Positions 25,422-35,320 of a DNA stretch of 64,000 nt are shown piece after piece (the stretch's first letter is position 1; the number at the start of each line of letters is the position of its first letter). The DNA is taken from the NCBI GenBank assembly GCA_964400385.1, contig CAYNUZ010000001.1, positions 62-64,061 on the forward strand, given 5' to 3'. This DNA comes from an uncultured bacterium (GTDB lineage Bacteria; Oederibacteriota; CAKKQC01). The notes beneath the pieces are model-generated. The model worked only from the letters and a program-made list of their open reading frames with translations. It had not been told where the DNA came from and did not search any database. Position numbers and translations under genes: made by a program.

Positions 25422-28400
25422 TTACTTCTTGCCGTGCGTCGAGCCTTGCCCGTTTCCTTGTCCGGCCCCGTCACGGCCTTCACCCTGACCATGGTCCCGC
25501 ACACCGTGATTGGTGTGATCTCCCGAGCCTCCCGCAGAGCCGCCGGAGCCCCCATCGGGGGAACCGGCACCCGGGGAGCTGGCCAGTCCACCGGCTCCGC
25601 TTCCGGAACCCGACGAAGCTCCGCCTGCAGCTCCCGCAAAGGTGCGCCCACCCAGGCCGCCCTCATGATCATCCTCCTCCGGACCGGGAATCGTCAGGGG
25701 GATTCTCCGGCGGTCAACGACGCCGGCTGTTTCGGCCACGAGGATCACCATGTACCGGCCAGCAGGCTGCCGGACGCCTTCGCCGTCCCGGCCGTCCCAC
25801 CAGACGGCGTTGGGTCCCGCCTGTCCGCCGGCCCTCGCCTCGCCCGATTTGAAGACCGGTGTCACGAGTCGGTTGCTGCGCACATCGGCGACCGCCCACG
25901 CGACACTCGCGTTACGGCGAAGATCATAGTCCAATCTCCCGACGAACAAGCCGCCGGGGATGGCCGGTGGCGCCACCGTGGCCGACCGGATCAACGCCCC
26001 CGCACCCGCCGCGAGCGAGGGCGCCGCCGCGCTGCCGTCCAGGAAGAGCGCCATGACGGACTCGGAGACCCCGCCAATCTGGTCCTCCACCACCAAGCGG
26101 ACGGAATAGAACCCGGCGGTGAACCCTGCCGTCTTCCAGGATCCGAGCGGACCGTTCCAGACCGGGACTGCGGACTCCACCAGGACCGTCACCCCATCCG
26201 GTCCGCTGATCTCAAGCCGATAGCTCTTGAAATAGGCATCCGCGGCCCGTCCCGTAAACGTGAGCGTCTCACCGATGAAGACCGACGCCGTGACTACCGG
26301 TCCGAGCAGCTCCGCGCGCGGCGCGGTCTCGTCCACAGGATCGGCGGGCACGGCGATGACCCGCCGACCGTGATTATTGTCAGTGTCGGCAGCGTACAGA
26401 TGAGTCCCGCCCTGGTCCAGGGCCAGGGCAGACGGATGCCGGAATTCGCCATCGGCGGTTCCCTGCTCCCCGATTTCCTCAAGGAAGGTGCCGTCGAGGT
26501 TGAACTGCTCGATGCGGTTTCTGGTTGGATCTGACACGTAAATCGCCGGCGGCGTCGAGGCCAGACTGACGGCCACCCCGGTGGGTTGCTTGAGCCCCCC
26601 GCCGGGGGCATCTTCGCCGGTGAGCACGAAACGCGTGGTGCCATCCGCCGCGAAGGCCTGGATGCGGTCGTTTCCGGAATCGGCGATCCAGAGCACGCCG
26701 GCATCGTCGACACAAATCTGAGCCGGACTGCGGACCATCCCGGGTGCGGTCCCCTCGGTCGCGATCATCCTCAGAAAGATCCCATCGGCCTCGAATTCCT
26801 GCACCCGATTATTGCCGGTGTCGGAGACCCAGAGATGCCCGTCAGCGTCGAAGGCCAGCCCGCCCGGCTGCCGGAGCTTTCCGACTGCCTTTCCGGGCCC
26901 GCCGAACGACGTGAGATACGACCCGTCCTCATCGAAGATTACAATTTCATTGCGCATCCGGTCGGCGACGAAGAGGCGACCATCCTCCGCTTCAGCGAGC
27001 GCCACCGGCGCCACCAAGTCGCCCGGCAGCGTCTTGCCGGAATGCGGCTCGCCGATCACGCTCAGGGGGTGCGCCAACGCATCGAGGCGGACGACACGAT
27101 GCATGCCGGTATCCACCACGTACACGAAGCCGGCCCGATCGCGGGCGATGCCCTCTGGGTGGAGGTGCTCCGAATACGCGAAGGTCCGCCACCACCAGCT
27201 CGGTATTTGCGAGTTGAAGTATTGGGTACGGGCCTTGTTGTTATTGAAGAGGAGAATCAATTCATAGGCATCCCGCGAGAACCCGGCCGTGTCCTTGACT
27301 CGCAGCCTGAAGACGATGGCGCCCTGCTTCGTCAGAATTTTTTGACTGAAGAACCCGAATCCGCAATTTGAAGCCAACCCTCTGGCTGTCGTGCCACTCA
27401 GGCCGGTCGGTGAGAAAACTATCCCGTCGTATGAGAAATCAATGTTCCATGAAAGCAGAGTTCCGGGAGCGTCAGCATATGCCAGACCGTAGAACTGCAG
27501 GTTGCCCGAGTGCCGCAGTGCCGCATGCAGGCCGAAGGGAATGGCCAGCGCCTCCTTCGTAAACCAGCTATCCTTGCCGGCTGTGGTGATCGCACGGACA
27601 GCGTAGTAATAACCGGCACCCGTCGTGATACCCATGTCCGAATAGGAATTGGTGAGGGAGGACCCTGCAAACTTGATACGTGGGTTTCCAAGCTTATTGT
27701 GCCAAAGTTGGCCTTCCAGACCCTGGACGTGCTGGGCAGCGTACTGGGGCCCCTCGCCCCACGCGTGCTCCTCACTCATCCGGTAGACTTCGTAGCGCGC
27801 CACGGGCGACTTTGAGGCGGCGGGTGGATTCCATGTGAGATCCACCCGGTTGTACCCGAGGGACACCTGGAGATTGGACGGCGGATCGACGCTCCTCGGC
27901 CCATACACAAAGCCGCCATGCACGAAAAGTTGATCGTTCGCGATCGCAATTCCACCTGGCGCCCCAATTCCACCCAGAGACGCCCCTCCACGTTCATCCG
28001 GGGTCCAAATGGTGTCCCCGGAGGCAAGATCCTCCGTCGTGACGAATCTCGGGGAGCTGACATCGGTTCCGAAACGATACATAAACCCGTTCCCTTCAGA
28101 ACCGACTCCACCGCTTTGCCCGAAATATCGTCGCGAGCTTATGCTGCCGAGGAGTCCGCCGGTCGCTTGGTCAAACTGACTCGGCACTGTTTGGTCACCT
28201 GAAAAACCGACGCTCCCGGCCTTTTCAACACAGTTCGCCAGATAGGAATTGATTCCACCTGTTGGTGCAAGCTGGCCGAAGAACATCCGCGTCCCATAAA
28301 CCCGAGAGTTTGCCAGTGCGTCTATGTTGAGACCCGTCTTCGACCACGTCCAGGTTCCGGTCATGGCATCCACGGCGACGGATCCGATAGAGCCGGGCCC

Positions 28401-31355
28401 AGAGATGCCCAATTTCACTGGCGCGTAAAACAGTCGCCCGTTGTCGTAGGCCAATCGAACCACATTACCCGGAATCGGCTTGGTCCACACCAGCGCGCCG
28501 GTGAGGGCATTCAAGGCCCGGATCTTCACGGGCTGAACAGTGCCAAACACGGTGTTCAGCACGTAGACCAATCCGCCGCCCACGACGGGGGGACTGCTTG
28601 ACGAGCCGAATCCCGACTGCCAGAGGATCGCCCCCGTCGTCAGACTGTAGGCGACCGTTCCGCCGCCATAGAATCCGGTCACAAACAAGGTCGACGAATC
28701 GATCGAAAGAAGACCGGGATTTCCGGCCGTCGGATTTCCGGTAATTGGATTGTAGAAGCGAATCTGCGCACCGGTCGCGAGGTCGTACCCGCGGATCCCA
28801 CCACCGACTCCGTTCGGAGTCGCCAGTGAGACAACAATCTGTCCTTCGCCGGCGGCCATGAAACCCGGGAATACAGGACCGCTCTTCCTCCAAATGATGG
28901 TTCCGGTCGCGTTATCTCTCGCAACGAGATCGAACCGCGGTGAGAAGACACCCGGCACTTGTGGTTGCGGAGGCCCAGGAGGGACCTCGAGCCAGTAGGA
29001 ACGCGCGCCCACGACGATCGGAGAATGGGCGCGGGTGATCGTCGCAGTCCACATCAATTCAAGCGGCGGCGTGAGCCCTGTCGGGCAGCTCTGCGCAAAT
29101 GTGTGCTGAGCATCGTGCCCCCACATCGGCCAGTCGCCGCCTGGATTCAAAGTCAGGCAGCCGGAGGGCGTGACGGGCGGCGCGCACTGCTCGCCCCCCA
29201 CCACCACCATCCCCCCGTTCGTCGCCACGCCCGCCGCAAAGTCCACCGGCACCGGCAGCGGCCCTGACCCAAACCCCTCGTCCTCCACCGTCCCCAGCGG
29301 CCGCGCCGCCACCGTCGCGCCACCCGCCAGCATCGTGTGCGTCACCCCCAGCGAGTTCACCAGCCCCGACACCAACCCCCGCCGCGGCGTCCCCATCGTC
29401 CCCGTCACGCCCCACGTGGTCAGATCCCCGCTGCTCACAAACTCGATGTCCGCCACTTCGCCCGCCCCGTTCGCCCCGCCGTAGACCGTCAGCGCCACGA
29501 ACCCCACGCCCGTGGTCCCCACCACCGTCCCCGTCGCATTCATCCGCGCGTTCACCAGCTGCGGCACCGGCGTCGCGCTCCCGTACGCTGCCGGCATCAC
29601 CCCGCCCGCCGCTCCTCCCACCCAGCTGTTCGTCACCGGGTCATAGATGTTCACCTCGTTCGTCGCGATCGGCGACCCCGCGGTCCCCGTCGCCCCGCCG
29701 ATCGCCCACAGCCCCGTCCCCGGATCGCTCAGCAGCAGCACCCCCGCCCGCGCCGTCGGCAGCGGCGGCAGGGCCGTCCACGTGTTCGTCGCCGGGTCGT
29801 ACGCATCCACCTGCGCCGAGGGATTCCCGCCTGCATCCCACCCTCCGGCCACCACCACCCGTCCCCCAAACTCCGCCACCCCCACCATCCGCCGCGGCGT
29901 CGCCAGCGTCGTCGCCACCGTCCACGTCCCCGTCCCCGGACACGCCGACCCCGCCGCCGGCAGCGCCAGCGCCATCACGTCCGGCCGCAATGCCCCCGCC
30001 GCATCCCGACCGCCCGCCACATACACCACCTGGCTCCCCGCCACGCCCACCACCATCGCCGCCCCCGCCTCGCTCCGCCCCTCGCCCGCCGGCAGCGACG
30101 GCCCCGCGCACCACCCGTTTGTCGCGTCGCTGAAATACTGCACCCCCGTCCCATACACCGGGTCCACCGCCACGCCCGTCGCACACGTCGCCGGTCCCGG
30201 AGGGGGCACTGGCGTGACGGGCGGCGCGCACTGCTCGCCCCCCACCACCACCATCCCCCCGTTCGTCGCCACGCCCGCCGCAAAGTCCACCGGCACCGGC
30301 AGCGGCCCTGACCCAAACCCCTCGTCCTCCACCGTCCCCAGCGGCCGCGCCGCCACCGTCGCGCCACCCGCCAGCATCGTGTGCGTCACCCCCAGCGAGT
30401 TCACCAGCCCCGACACCAACCCCCGCCGCGGCGTCCCCATCGTCCCCGTCACGCCCCACGTGGTCAGATCCCCGCTGCTCACAAACTCGATGTCCGCCAC
30501 TTCGCCCGCCCCGTTCGCCCCGCCGTAGACCGTCAGCGCCACGAACCCCACGCCCGTGGTCCCCACCACCGTCCCCGTCGCATTCATCCGCGCGTTCACC
30601 AGCTGCGGCACCGGCGTCGCGCTCCCGTACGCTGCCGGCATCACCCCGCCCGCCGCTCCTCCCACCCAGCTGTTCGTCACCGGGTCATAGATGTTCACCT
30701 CGTTCGTCGCGATCGGCGACCCCGCGGTCCCCGTCGCCCCGCCGATCGCCCACAGCCCCGTCCCCGGATCGCTCAGCAGCAGCACCCCCGCCCGCGCCGT
30801 CGGCAGCGGCGGCAGGGCCGTCCACGTGTTCGTCGCCGGGTCGTACGCATCCACCTGCGCCGAGGGATTCCCGCCTGCATCCCACCCTCCGGCCACCACC
30901 ACCCGTCCCCCAAACTCCGCCACCCCCACCATCCGCCGCGGCGTCGCCAGCGTCGTCGCCACCGTCCACGTCCCCGTCCCCGGACACGCCGACCCCGCCG
31001 CCGGCAGCGCCAGCGCCATCACGTCCGGCCGCAATGCCCCCGCCGCATCCCGACCGCCCGCCACATACACCACCTGGCTCCCCGCCACGCCCACCACCAT
31101 CGCCGCCCCCGCCTCGCTCCGCCCCTCGCCCGCCGGCAGCGACGGCCCCGCGCACCACCCGTTTGTCGCGTCGCTGAAATACTGCACCCCCGTCCCATAC
31201 ACCGGGTCCACCGCCACGCCCGTCGCACACGTCGCCGGTCCCGGAGGGGGCACTGGAACGGAAAGGGCGACTGAGGACAGGGCACATGCGCAGATGGAAA
31301 CCAGGAGGATGGATGTCTCGCGACGGAACCGACGATCAGAGGACGTAACGAGCAT
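25422..31355 (-). CDS. Giant (1977 aa) secreted NHL-repeat / Kelch-repeat beta-propeller protein with FlgD-like Ig domain and Gly/Ser-rich C-terminal tail; carries an internal 348-aa perfect tandem duplication
   Basis: Signal peptide (ILLVSICACALSSVALS). Kelch-like blades (VYVAGGRDAAG..., GGRVVVAGGWDAGGNPSAQVDAYDPATNTWTALPPLPTARAG); NHL repeats (GHLWVSDTGNNRVQEF, GVLWIADSGNDRIQAF, IYVSDPTRNRIEQF, LYAADTDNNH). C-terminal FlgD-like block (AVWWDGRDGEGVRQPAGRYMVILVAE) followed by a low-complexity GGxSGxG tail ending HGKK. Confidence 0.8.
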   Translation of the reverse strand: MLVTSSDRRFRRETSILLVSICACALSSVALSVPVPPPGPATCATGVAVDPVYGTGVQYFSDATNGWCAGPSLPAGEGRSEAGAAMVVGVAGSQVVYVAGGRDAAGALRPDVMALALPAAGSACPGTGTWTVATTLATPRRMVGVAEFGGRVVVAGGWDAGGNPSAQVDAYDPATNTWTALPPLPTARAGVLLLSDPGTGLWAIGGATGTAGSPIATNEVNIYDPVTNSWVGGAAGGVMPAAYGSATPVPQLVNARMNATGTVVGTTGVGFVALTVYGGANGAGEVADIEFVSSGDLTTWGVTGTMGTPRRGLVSGLVNSLGVTHTMLAGGATVAARPLGTVEDEGFGSGPLPVPVDFAAGVATNGGMVVVGGEQCAPPVTPVPPPGPATCATGVAVDPVYGTGVQYFSDATNGWCAGPSLPAGEGRSEAGAAMVVGVAGSQVVYVAGGRDAAGALRPDVMALALPAAGSACPGTGTWTVATTLATPRRMVGVAEFGGRVVVAGGWDAGGNPSAQVDAYDPATNTWTALPPLPTARAGVLLLSDPGTGLWAIGGATGTAGSPIATNEVNIYDPVTNSWVGGAAGGVMPAAYGSATPVPQLVNARMNATGTVVGTTGVGFVALTVYGGANGAGEVADIEFVSSGDLTTWGVTGTMGTPRRGLVSGLVNSLGVTHTMLAGGATVAARPLGTVEDEGFGSGPLPVPVDFAAGVATNGGMVVVGGEQCAPPVTPSGCLTLNPGGDWPMWGHDAQHTFAQSCPTGLTPPLELMWTATITRAHSPIVVGARSYWLEVPPGPPQPQVPGVFSPRFDLVARDNATGTIIWRKSGPVFPGFMAAGEGQIVVSLATPNGVGGGIRGYDLATGAQIRFYNPITGNPTAGNPGLLSIDSSTLFVTGFYGGGTVAYSLTTGAILWQSGFGSSSSPPVVGGGLVYVLNTVFGTVQPVKIRALNALTGALVWTKPIPGNVVRLAYDNGRLFYAPVKLGISGPGSIGSVAVDAMTGTWTWSKTGLNIDALANSRVYGTRMFFGQLAPTGGINSYLANCVEKAGSVGFSGDQTVPSQFDQATGGLLGSISSRRYFGQSGGVGSEGNGFMYRFGTDVSSPRFVTTEDLASGDTIWTPDERGGASLGGIGAPGGIAIANDQLFVHGGFVYGPRSVDPPSNLQVSLGYNRVDLTWNPPAASKSPVARYEVYRMSEEHAWGEGPQYAAQHVQGLEGQLWHNKLGNPRIKFAGSSLTNSYSDMGITTGAGYYYAVRAITTAGKDSWFTKEALAIPFGLHAALRHSGNLQFYGLAYADAPGTLLSWNIDFSYDGIVFSPTGLSGTTARGLASNCGFGFFSQKILTKQGAIVFRLRVKDTAGFSRDAYELILLFNNNKARTQYFNSQIPSWWWRTFAYSEHLHPEGIARDRAGFVYVVDTGMHRVVRLDALAHPLSVIGEPHSGKTLPGDLVAPVALAEAEDGRLFVADRMRNEIVIFDEDGSYLTSFGGPGKAVGKLRQPGGLAFDADGHLWVSDTGNNRVQEFEADGIFLRMIATEGTAPGMVRSPAQICVDDAGVLWIADSGNDRIQAFAADGTTRFVLTGEDAPGGGLKQPTGVAVSLASTPPAIYVSDPTRNRIEQFNLDGTFLEEIGEQGTADGEFRHPSALALDQGGTHLYAADTDNNHGRRVIAVPADPVDETAPRAELLGPVVTASVFIGETLTFTGRAADAYFKSYRLEISGPDGVTVLVESAVPVWNGPLGSWKTAGFTAGFYSVRLVVEDQIGGVSESVMALFLDGSAAAPSLAAGAGALIRSATVAPPAIPGGLFVGRLDYDLRRNASVAWAVADVRSNRLVTPVFKSGEARAGGQAGPNAVWWDGRDGEGVRQPAGRYMVILVAETAGVVDRRRIPLTIPGPEEDDHEGGLGGRTFAGAAGGASSGSGSGAGGLASSPGAGSPDGGSGGSAGGSGDHTNHGVRDHGQGEGRDGAGQGNGQGSTHGKK
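29165..31256. repeat. Perfect in-frame tandem direct duplication, 2 x 1044 bp, inside the Kelch-repeat region of gene 25422..31355
   Basis: ORF-track pairs are identical in sequence and offset by exactly 1044 nt: 29337..30311 vs 30381..31274, 29647..30528 vs 30691..31386, and 29641..30459 vs 30685..31287. The junction strings gtcgccggtcccggagggggcactgg are at 30187..30212 and 31231..31256. The host protein contains the 348-aa block VPPPGPATCATG...GGEQCAPPVTP twice verbatim. Confidence 0.9.
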
Positions 31356-31608
31356 AGGCGCAACCCTAACACTCGGAAGAAAGTAAAGTCAAGGGAATTA
31401 CTATTGAAACTGCTGTTCTCGCGACATGATCTTGCGCAGCCGCCCAGGTGGGTGATGGTCAGGGAGGAACGTCCCACCCTGTGATATGCGTTACAATCAA
31501 GCTCTATCAACAGATTCTCATGGGCCAGAATATGCGTAGGGGGGTGGGCGGCATGTCTGCCATGGTTGGCAAAGGGCACCAGAAGATGCCGCTATACTCC
31601 TTAACATA
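31356..31608. promoter_or_regulatory. Divergent intergenic region (lower GC) between the giant NHL/Kelch gene and the DUF2079-like gene; probable divergent promoters
   Basis: About 250 nt non-coding, noticeably AT-richer than flanks (e.g. aagtaaagtcaagggaattactattgaaactgctg). Flanked by start codons on opposite strands (31355 minus, 31609 plus). Confidence 0.3.
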
Positions 31609-33219
31609 ATGAAGCGGGCGATCGGGAAGACAGCGGCCGGCGTGGGCTGGGCCGTCCGGATCGCCGCGGGCGTAGCGCTGGCGGGCTGCCTCCTGCTGCT
31701 GCCCCTCATCATTCTCAATCTCACCCAGCACGGGCCGCTGGCGCGGCTCACGTTCCGGAAGGTGACCCAGCTCGGCTGGCTCCTGGGCGCGGTGTTCGTG
31801 CTGGCGCGGCCCCGGCCGGTGAAGTACTTCCGCGAGGTCGCACGCAAGGCCGCCCGGGTGCTCGGCCACCCCCGGGCCTTCCCGATCACGGCGGCGGCAA
31901 TGCTGGTGGTGATGGTGGGCGCGGCGCTCACCGAATACCTCTCGTTCAATGCGTGCTCGGACGACTTCGGGATGATGGACGAGCCGCTGGCCGGCCGGGG
32001 CGGCGGGCCGTTCATGTTCACCGCGGTGTTCGGATACGGGCTCCTCCAGCAGCACTTCTATCCCTCGATGGTCCTGCTGATGCCCCTGCGCCGGCTCGTG
32101 GACACCCCGCTCGTCACCGTGCTGGCCCAGGCCTTGTTGATGTGGGCGGCGGCCTTCCCGCTGCGGGCGCTGGTGCGGCGCAAGGGGCTCCCGGCGTGGC
32201 TCCCCGCCTTCGCCTGCCTCATCGTCTTGAACCACCCGATCGTGACCCGGTCGCTCATCTACCTCGTCCATCCCGAGACCGCCGAGCCCTTGCTGGTGCT
32301 CACCGCGCTGTGGGCGGTGCACACCCGCCGGACTCCCCTGTACTGCCTCGCGGTCGCGCTCCTGCTGGGCATCAAGGAAGACGTCGGGCTGTACATGGCG
32401 GGATTCGGAGTCTACCTCGCGGTGGCGCACGGCCGGTGGCGGCTGGGCGCGATCACCGCGGGCGTGGCGCTGGCGTGGCACGTCTTCGCGGTCCATGTCG
32501 GGATGCCGTACTTCGGCGCGGTGCCCGGCGAAGTCCGGTTCTTCGGGCGGTGGAGCCACTGGGGCGCGACCAATGCCGGCGTGCTGGTCGGGTGGGCCAC
32601 GCACCCGCTCGAGGTGCTCCGGATGCTCACCGGCAGCCAGCAGGTGCTCCTGTTCGCCGGCCTCGGCTTCCTGCCGTTCATCACGCCGTGGGGCTGGCTG
32701 GCGTTCGCGGCGCCGTGGCTGGTGAACGCCACCAGCGGGCTGGGGGTGCAGGCCACGTACGAGAACTACTACGGCATCCCGGTCGTGGCCTTTGCCCTGG
32801 CCGCGGCCGTGGACGGCGTGCGCAGTCCCGGCTTCAAGCGGCTGATGGCCAGCCCGCTGGCGCCCCTGGCGGCGGCCGTGGTGGCCTTCCTGAACATCGC
32901 GCACCAGCCCTTCGAGCCGATCCCCCGTAACCGGGCGGCGGTGCTGGCCGAGGTGGCGAAGGTGCCGCACGGGGAGCAGGTGCAGGTGATTCCCGCGCTG
33001 TATTCGTACGGCGGGTATTGGGAGGGCAAGACGCCCATCTCCTCGAGCCGCACTTTGCAGCGGCCGCTGGCGGACCGGTGGATCATCCTGCGCGACGGCC
33101 CGACCACCTGGCCGTACCAGCCGGGCGAGCCGACCCGCATCGCCCACCGGCTCATCGCATCGGGCCGGTACCGGGACCTCTCCACCACCCCCGGCGTCTT
33201 TATCCTGCGCCGGAAGTAG
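31609..33219 (+). CDS. Polytopic membrane protein, GT-C-like (resembles DUF2079 family of predicted membrane glycosyltransferases)
   Basis: 536 aa with at least 10 hydrophobic helices throughout the N-terminal 400 aa and a soluble C-terminal 100 aa. Overall organisation is like the DUF2079/GT-C families. The family assignment has not been verified. Confidence 0.45.
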   Translation: MKRAIGKTAAGVGWAVRIAAGVALAGCLLLLPLIILNLTQHGPLARLTFRKVTQLGWLLGAVFVLARPRPVKYFREVARKAARVLGHPRAFPITAAAMLVVMVGAALTEYLSFNACSDDFGMMDEPLAGRGGGPFMFTAVFGYGLLQQHFYPSMVLLMPLRRLVDTPLVTVLAQALLMWAAAFPLRALVRRKGLPAWLPAFACLIVLNHPIVTRSLIYLVHPETAEPLLVLTALWAVHTRRTPLYCLAVALLLGIKEDVGLYMAGFGVYLAVAHGRWRLGAITAGVALAWHVFAVHVGMPYFGAVPGEVRFFGRWSHWGATNAGVLVGWATHPLEVLRMLTGSQQVLLFAGLGFLPFITPWGWLAFAAPWLVNATSGLGVQATYENYYGIPVVAFALAAAVDGVRSPGFKRLMASPLAPLAAAVVAFLNIAHQPFEPIPRNRAAVLAEVAKVPHGEQVQVIPALYSYGGYWEGKTPISSSRTLQRPLADRWIILRDGPTTWPYQPGEPTRIAHRLIASGRYRDLSTTPGVFILRRK

Positions 33220-33246
33220 GGTTCCCGGCCGGCGGGGCCAGGCGGC

Positions 33247-35319
33247 TCAGTGTACGGGGATCGGCCCGAGAAACACGACCTTCCCGGGGAAAACCCGGAC
33301 CTGATCAAACGTAAGCCTGGGTTTCGTCAGGGCTTCGGGCGCGAAAATATCAAGGTTCGGCAAACGCCCGATCCACAATGACGGGATCCGGATATCCAGA
33401 AGGCCCCACCCTACCCCGGTCCACCAGAGCTGCAGACCGCCATGCCAATGCGCAAGGACCGCGCCCAATCGGAGCGGAACTCCCCACAGGCGGCCCGCAA
33501 GGACGATTCGGTCCTTTTCGAGGACCAGATGGGGATCACGCAGGCGTCCCAGGAGGGACCGCAGCGGCCGGGAGAAGATCCGCACCCCGGCAGCGTGCGG
33601 ATGGGCGCCCACGCCCCGGATCAACAGGTCGAGGTCCGCTTCGGCAATCGAGCCTCTCCCCACCCTGACCCGTTCCATCGTCCACCCGGTGGCCGACGCG
33701 CTGAGGCCGACCCTCTCCCGGACCCGGCCCAACCCCACCGCCAGGTCCGAGACCGGCAGGTCCAGGTCAACGCCGTCCGCGTGCAGGATCACGTGGGCGC
33801 GCTCGGCATTGAAGCCCGCGAGGAGGGTTCCGTCCCGCCACATTCCGAGTGACACCTCCAGCCGGGAAGCGCCCAGTTGCGACCTGAGCATCCCGGCAAG
33901 ATTCCTCCGGAGAAGCTCCCGATCATGGATCTCATTACGGCGCAGGAGCACCTCGGCCGACCCGTCCGCCAGCGGCCACCGCTGGAGCTCGCTATACAGG
34001 CGATCGGTCACGTGCGGCCGGGTGGACCGGGTGACCGCGAAGTCGGCCAGCCCCGGCCCCTCGTCCTGCGGCATGACGTGGACTCCGAGCCCCAGCCGGG
34101 CCAGCTCGAACTCGAAGGTGTGCTGGTTGAGGTCCGCCTCCTCGGCATTCACGACCAGCTCCGCGCCGGGCCACGCCCGGACGGCCAGCTCCTTGGCCAC
34201 CTCCGCGTGGGGCCACGCCGCGTCCGACGGCGGCGCCACCCGGACCGCGACCACCACGAACTGGACCGCGGCCAGCGCCGTCAGGCCCCACGCAGCCCAC
34301 CGCCGCCTCGCCGGGGCGGTGATCCACTGGACCGCCGCCCCCACCCCCACCAGGATGAAGGGCAGCGCCGGCATGAAGTACCGGGGCTGCTTGTTGCGCA
34401 GGAGGGTCACGATGACCAGCGGGACCACGACGGTCCACGCCCACCGGCGGGTCGCGGGCGCCCGCACCAACGCGACCGCCCCGGCCACCGCGAGCAGGAC
34501 CGCGGGCCACCCGATCATGGAGGGCAACGCGACCGGGTAGAACAGGATCGCGCCCCAGCTCGCCAGCGGCGCGTCCACGATGTCCGATCCCGTGTATGCC
34601 GCGTGGAAGAGGGCGTGCCGGAGGAAGTTGAAGTTCGGCAGGTACCACCCCGCGCACACCACGAATCCCAGCGCGACCGCCTTGGCGGCAACCCCCCGGC
34701 GTGCCCGGGCCCCGGCCCGGGAGCCGGCCAGGCTGAGCGCCAGCGGGGCGAGCGTGTAGAAGGGGAAGGTCCACTTGACCAGCATCCCCAGCCCGATCAG
34801 GACCCCGACCCCCACCCACCGGCGGCCGCGCCACGGCGACTCGCCCAGCGCCCACGCGGTGGCCGCGACCAGCGCCGCCAGCGGCATGTCGTACATGAAC
34901 TGGCGCGACTCCCGGGCGACCAGCGGCGCTCCCACCACCAGCGCCGCCCCGGCCAGCGCGGCCAGCCGATCGCCCCGGTGCACCGCCAGCCCCAGCCTGT
35001 AGGTGGCCGCGAGCAGGAGGAGCAGGAAGGGCAGCATGGCGGTGGTGAACCCGTCCGCGGTGTTGCCACACACGCCGCCCGCCGCCGCACCCACCAGCGC
35101 TACCAGCGGCGGGTAGTACCGGTGCTCGTCGGAGAAGTGCACCACCCGCTCCCGCCACGTCATCCGGCGGTAGTGCTCCGCGGAGGTCAGGTGGACCGAC
35201 TGGTCCCAGGCCTGCGGCCGGTGGTCGGCGCGCAACCACCAGAGGTCGGTCGCCACGGCCACCGCGCCCACGGCCACCAGCCCGAGCAGCGCGCGGGTAC
35301 GGGGGGTCATGCGGTTCAT
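33247..35319 (-). CDS. GT-C fold membrane glycosyltransferase (PMT_2/ArnT-like, GT39/GT83-type) with about 280-aa C-terminal soluble domain
   Basis: Within ORF 33247..35658 the ATG at 35319 (MNRMTPRTRALLGLVAVGAVAV...) lies 2 nt after the upstream gene's stop. The N-terminal 400 aa are polytopic with an acidic first-loop motif (WDQSVHLTSAEHY) and typical GT-C helices (KWTFPFYTLAPLALSLAG). The C-terminal domain is unassigned. Confidence 0.55.
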   Translation of the reverse strand: MNRMTPRTRALLGLVAVGAVAVATDLWWLRADHRPQAWDQSVHLTSAEHYRRMTWRERVVHFSDEHRYYPPLVALVGAAAGGVCGNTADGFTTAMLPFLLLLLAATYRLGLAVHRGDRLAALAGAALVVGAPLVARESRQFMYDMPLAALVAATAWALGESPWRGRRWVGVGVLIGLGMLVKWTFPFYTLAPLALSLAGSRAGARARRGVAAKAVALGFVVCAGWYLPNFNFLRHALFHAAYTGSDIVDAPLASWGAILFYPVALPSMIGWPAVLLAVAGAVALVRAPATRRWAWTVVVPLVIVTLLRNKQPRYFMPALPFILVGVGAAVQWITAPARRRWAAWGLTALAAVQFVVVAVRVAPPSDAAWPHAEVAKELAVRAWPGAELVVNAEEADLNQHTFEFELARLGLGVHVMPQDEGPGLADFAVTRSTRPHVTDRLYSELQRWPLADGSAEVLLRRNEIHDRELLRRNLAGMLRSQLGASRLEVSLGMWRDGTLLAGFNAERAHVILHADGVDLDLPVSDLAVGLGRVRERVGLSASATGWTMERVRVGRGSIAEADLDLLIRGVGAHPHAAGVRIFSRPLRSLLGRLRDPHLVLEKDRIVLAGRLWGVPLRLGAVLAHWHGGLQLWWTGVGWGLLDIRIPSLWIGRLPNLDIFAPEALTKPRLTFDQVRVFPGKVVFLGPIPVH

Positions 35320-35320
35320 C

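Noticed and set aside
29059-31579. Pairs of identical Arg/Pro-rich or Gly-rich ORFs (29337..30311 and 30381..31274; 29641..30459 and 30685..31287; 29975..30367; 31019..31579), and the possibility of a CRISPR or IS array
   Set aside because: They are alternative-frame readings of the duplicated coding block. Only two copies, 1044-nt period, no spacer/repeat structure, and the sense frame encodes Kelch repeats. So this is a gene-internal tandem duplication, not a CRISPR array or insertion sequences.
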